The translations under genes and the position numbers were made by a program. From the IMG/VR virus record IMGVR_UViG_3300048851_000228, positions 1 to 39,312 of that record: 39,312 bases of DNA; one strand, given 5' to 3'. The stretch comes from a virus (lineage: Duplodnaviria > Caudoviricetes). Position 1 is the stretch's first letter; the number at the start of each line of letters is the position of its first letter. The notes beneath the pieces were generated by a model that was not told the origin of the DNA, did not search any database, and saw nothing but the letters and a program-made list of their open reading frames with translations. Positions 36,462-39,312 of the stretch are shown piece after piece.

Positions 36462-37960
36462 GTGTGCCGCTGGAGTTTGCCAAGCGTTTGGCGGAGTTTC
36501 TTAATGGTGGCGGCCTCGATGGTCGCGGCATCGCGAGCATCGCCGTGAATGGTGATGGTGACCTCATCATCAACTACACCGATGGCACGACGCAGAATGC
36601 CGGGCAGGTCGGTGGCGATGGATCCTACAACCTTGCGGCCGATGCGCTGTTCCAGGACACGAGGAACGACGGCAAGGGCGCGCGCGAGACGCTGGAGGGG
36701 CTGTTTGGCGTCAAGGTCGGCATGCCGGCCAATGATGATCCCAACCGCATTTTCGTCTCCGGCGCAGCAGCTCCGGCCGATCACGCGTACTTCGATATCC
36801 TGATCGCTTCCACCAACACTGGCGGCGTCTCGATGGTCTACGGTGGGCAAGACCTACCGATGACGAACAACCCCGGCACCGGCACCCCGATGAGCCCGGG
36901 GCAGCTGGTCGCGGGCAAGATCGCCACGATCGAAATCAGCTATGGCGGGCTCGTCTTCATCTGGCACGGCAACCGCGACCCCGTACTGCAGGCGGAAATC
37001 CCCGACGCGCCGAACCCGGTGGGCGGACGCGACGCCGACCTGATCATGAACCCGTGGGGCAACATCACCTTTCCGGGTGGCGTGCGCGCTGTGGGGACGA
37101 TCAACAAGTCGGTGCTCGTCGCCGGTAGCTCGAACGCCAACGCGGATTACGTCGCGGCGGGCGCTGTCCCGTCACAGGTGGCGGTCGACGCCTTGAATGC
37201 CCTGAGCGTGGGCAACGGCATCAACTACGTGGCGGAGAACCTGTCCGCGCCCGGTGCTCCGACCAGCGCGGCAGGCGGGCAGCTTGCCGGCTCCGCTTCC
37301 CTCATGGCTGGGACGGCCAAGTGGGTGTTCCTGTTCTTCTGGATGAACGAGTGCCGGACCATTTTCTACAACGACTATGGCGGCTTCCCGGCGCAGATCG
37401 GCGCGGCACGGAACATCATCGGGTACATTCGCGATCATGGCGCAGAGCCGGTGCTGGTGGCTGGCTTCCATCCCGATCCCCGCGCGTCCGACACGGCGCT
37501 GGATCCGTTCTACTTCACCGGCAGCGGGCGCGACATGGCGTTCCCGGCCTTCAAGGCCAATCCTGTCGACCCGGTCAATGACATGGTTCCGTCCGCATCG
37601 ACCACGATCACGACGGCGACAGCGTTCACCGAGCTGCGCGACTGGACTGGTAGCGGCATCCTCCGCACCGGGTACACGCGCGCAGGGCACTGGAACCGCT
37701 CGATCCGCGAGCTTGGTAACGAGCTGGATTGCGACGTGCTCGATGTGGAGTTCGCCTCCTTCCGTAACACTATCGAGACGGTGCCGGATCTCAGTGCAGG
37801 GCTCAACACGTGGTACAATCAGGCCAACCCGCTGCACCCGCTCAAGGCGAAATATGACGCCAGCGTGACGCCACTGCTCCAGCAATGGGCGCGCGCGAAG
37901 ATCGAGGGTCGCGAGGACATCCGACTGTTCCGTGGGCTGGCGTCCGATTGGTGCACATGA
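36458..37960 (+). CDS. Second tail-associated protein with SGNH-hydrolase-like domain
   Basis: N-terminal GRGIASIAVNGDGDLIINYTDG tail-type motif; VLVAGSSN, NLSAPG, FWMNE, NPLHP blocks. Confidence 0.7.
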   Translation: MSVPLEFAKRLAEFLNGGGLDGRGIASIAVNGDGDLIINYTDGTTQNAGQVGGDGSYNLAADALFQDTRNDGKGARETLEGLFGVKVGMPANDDPNRIFVSGAAAPADHAYFDILIASTNTGGVSMVYGGQDLPMTNNPGTGTPMSPGQLVAGKIATIEISYGGLVFIWHGNRDPVLQAEIPDAPNPVGGRDADLIMNPWGNITFPGGVRAVGTINKSVLVAGSSNANADYVAAGAVPSQVAVDALNALSVGNGINYVAENLSAPGAPTSAAGGQLAGSASLMAGTAKWVFLFFWMNECRTIFYNDYGGFPAQIGAARNIIGYIRDHGAEPVLVAGFHPDPRASDTALDPFYFTGSGRDMAFPAFKANPVDPVNDMVPSASTTITTATAFTELRDWTGSGILRTGYTRAGHWNRSIRELGNELDCDVLDVEFASFRNTIETVPDLSAGLNTWYNQANPLHPLKAKYDASVTPLLQQWARAKIEGREDIRLFRGLASDWCT

Positions 37961-37994
37961 CCATCGCCGCAACCGCCACGCGGGGCCTGTAACC

Positions 37995-38441
37995 ATGTCG
38001 GGACCATCCTTCGCCGGAAGCGAGACCGCAGATCTACGGTTTCAGTACGACGTGATCAAGAATCTTGCGGAGAGCGTTCGCGAGCAGTCCAGGGTCATGG
38101 CCGGCATCCAGTCCACTCAAATGACGATGCTCGAACGGCTCGCAAAGATTGAGTCAAACCGTGTCAACGAGGATGTCGCGAAACTCGACGTGAAGGTCTC
38201 GCATATCGCCGAGCGCACGGACAAGCTGGAAGCCGACAAGGATCGCCGCGACGGGGCGTACAGCGCGTTCGACTGGATCCGCGTCTGGGGGCCCGCGCTC
38301 TTTAGCCTCGCGGTCGTGCTGTACCTGGGCGGGCGGGCCGCTGGGTTGATCCCGTCACCTCCTGTCACGCCCGCGCGTGTCGAGGCCACAATACATCCGG
38401 AAGACCGCCGCATCGAGGGCACCGTGGGAGGTAAGCCATGA
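37995..38441 (+). CDS. Coiled-coil plus single-TM protein preceding the endolysin (lysis-associated)
   Basis: ERLAKIE...LEADKDRRDGA, then hydrophobic WGPALFSLAVVLYLGG. Confidence 0.6.
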   Translation: MSGPSFAGSETADLRFQYDVIKNLAESVREQSRVMAGIQSTQMTMLERLAKIESNRVNEDVAKLDVKVSHIAERTDKLEADKDRRDGAYSAFDWIRVWGPALFSLAVVLYLGGRAAGLIPSPPVTPARVEATIHPEDRRIEGTVGGKP

Positions 38442-38992
38442 CGAAGACTATAGACCAGCTCGTTGACGAAGTTATCGGCAAGGAGGGCGGCTATTCCAAC
38501 CATCCCGCTGACAAGGGTGGCCCGACCCGCTGGGGCATCACTGAGCAGGTAGCCCGCGCCTATGGCTACAAGGGCGACATGCAGGCTCTGCCGCGCGTAA
38601 CGGCCGTTGCGATCTACAAGCGCCGCTACTGGATCGATGTCCGGTTCGACCAGGTTGCAGCGGTCTTCCCGCGCGTCGCTGCTGAGATGTTCGACACCGG
38701 CATCAACATGGGCCAGTCGATTGCGGCCGGCTTCCTTCAGCGTGCGATCAACCTGTTGAACCTCGGTGCCACGCTCTATCCGGATATTACGGCTGACGGG
38801 CAGATCGGCGCCATGACGATCGCGGCGCTACGGAGTTATCAGCAGAAGCGCGGTGCGGCCGGCGAGGTCGTGTTGCTGAAGACGATCGACGGGTTCCAGA
38901 CTGGCCGATACGCCGACATCACGGAAGCGCGGCCCGCCAACGAAGCGTTCTTCTATGGCTGGATCGCAAACCGGATCGGGGTCGAGGCATGA
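38438..38992 (+). CDS. Endolysin, GH108 lysozyme with peptidoglycan-binding domain
   Basis: EGGYSNHPADKGGPTRWGIT, FDTGINMG, DG.IG..T, F.YGW..NR. Confidence 0.93.
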   Translation: MTKTIDQLVDEVIGKEGGYSNHPADKGGPTRWGITEQVARAYGYKGDMQALPRVTAVAIYKRRYWIDVRFDQVAAVFPRVAAEMFDTGINMGQSIAAGFLQRAINLLNLGATLYPDITADGQIGAMTIAALRSYQQKRGAAGEVVLLKTIDGFQTGRYADITEARPANEAFFYGWIANRIGVEA

Positions 38993-39312
38993 CCGGCCTT
39001 CATATCCCTGATGCGCGCGGCTGGATCGGCATCGGCGTGTTCGTCCTGACCGTCATGGTCCTGTGGATGCTCGCGATCTTTCCCGAGCTGCGACATGACG
39101 AATTCTTCAAGACGATCGCCACGCTGATAATCGGGACCGGCTTTGTCAACGGCGTCGTGTCGTGGGCCTACAGCGCCACCAAGAGCGGTGGTGAGCTCGC
39201 CGACAAGCAAGCCGACATCATCAAGGAACGGGCGGCGACCGATGCCGCTGCGGTCGCCGCAACCCCAACCGGCACTCCCTCCGATCCCATCAGCAAGAAG
39301 GATATCGCATGA
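38989..39312 (+). CDS. Putative holin (two TM helices)
   Basis: ATGA-coupled to the endolysin; WIGIGVFVLTVMVLWMLAIF and IATLIIGTGFVNGVVSWAY. Confidence 0.65.
   Translation: MTGLHIPDARGWIGIGVFVLTVMVLWMLAIFPELRHDEFFKTIATLIIGTGFVNGVVSWAYSATKSGGELADKQADIIKERAATDAAAVAATPTGTPSDPISKKDIA

Larger units (their letters stand above)
149..39312. mobile_element. Temperate podovirus-type prophage (right end beyond window)
   Basis: tRNA-adjacent integrase, CI/Cro switch, primase/helicase, terminase, T7-like portal and tail tubular genes, ejection proteins, tailspike, GH108 endolysin. No tape-measure, tail-tube or sheath genes seen. Confidence 0.95.

Noticed and set aside
1-39312. Frequent CGATCG/GCGATCGC words
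   Set aside because: Explained by GCG-ATC-G codon usage in this high-GC lineage; enrichment cannot be shown without computation.
34073-39312. Diversity-generating retroelement or invertible tail cassette, as in BPP-1-like phages
   Set aside because: No reverse transcriptase, template/variable repeat pair or invertase seen in the window.

Overview
High-GC alphaproteobacterial-type (probably Sphingomonadales) DNA holding most of a temperate, podovirus-type prophage next to a tRNA-Gly(TCC). From left to right: the 3' end of a winged-HTH gene, the tRNA and att region, then a leftward arm with a tyrosine integrase and about 20 tightly coupled accessory ORFs (HNH-like protein, solitary C5 DNA methyltransferase, AlpA/Xis-like HTH). 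Next come an immunity region (3-TM membrane protein plus XRE repressor, divergent Cro), a TOPRIM primase and P-loop helicase with an iteron-rich origin, and the terminase. The structural block encodes a T7/BPP-1-like portal, scaffold, capsid, tail tubular proteins, four internal (ejection) proteins, a beta-helix tailspike and an SGNH-esterase tail protein, followed by the start of the lysis cassette. The right att site lies outside the window. The most striking observation is a 20-aa segment in the membrane protein coupled to the repressor (GPLGTYLPTPQDVGPGVPRP). It is 15/20 identical to the N-terminus of the phage's own muralytic ejection protein (GPLATYLPTPSPQGPGVPKP), yet 13 of the 15 identical residues use different codons. 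This suggests superinfection exclusion by mimicry of an ejection protein. All product calls come from motif reading and gene order; no database searches were run.
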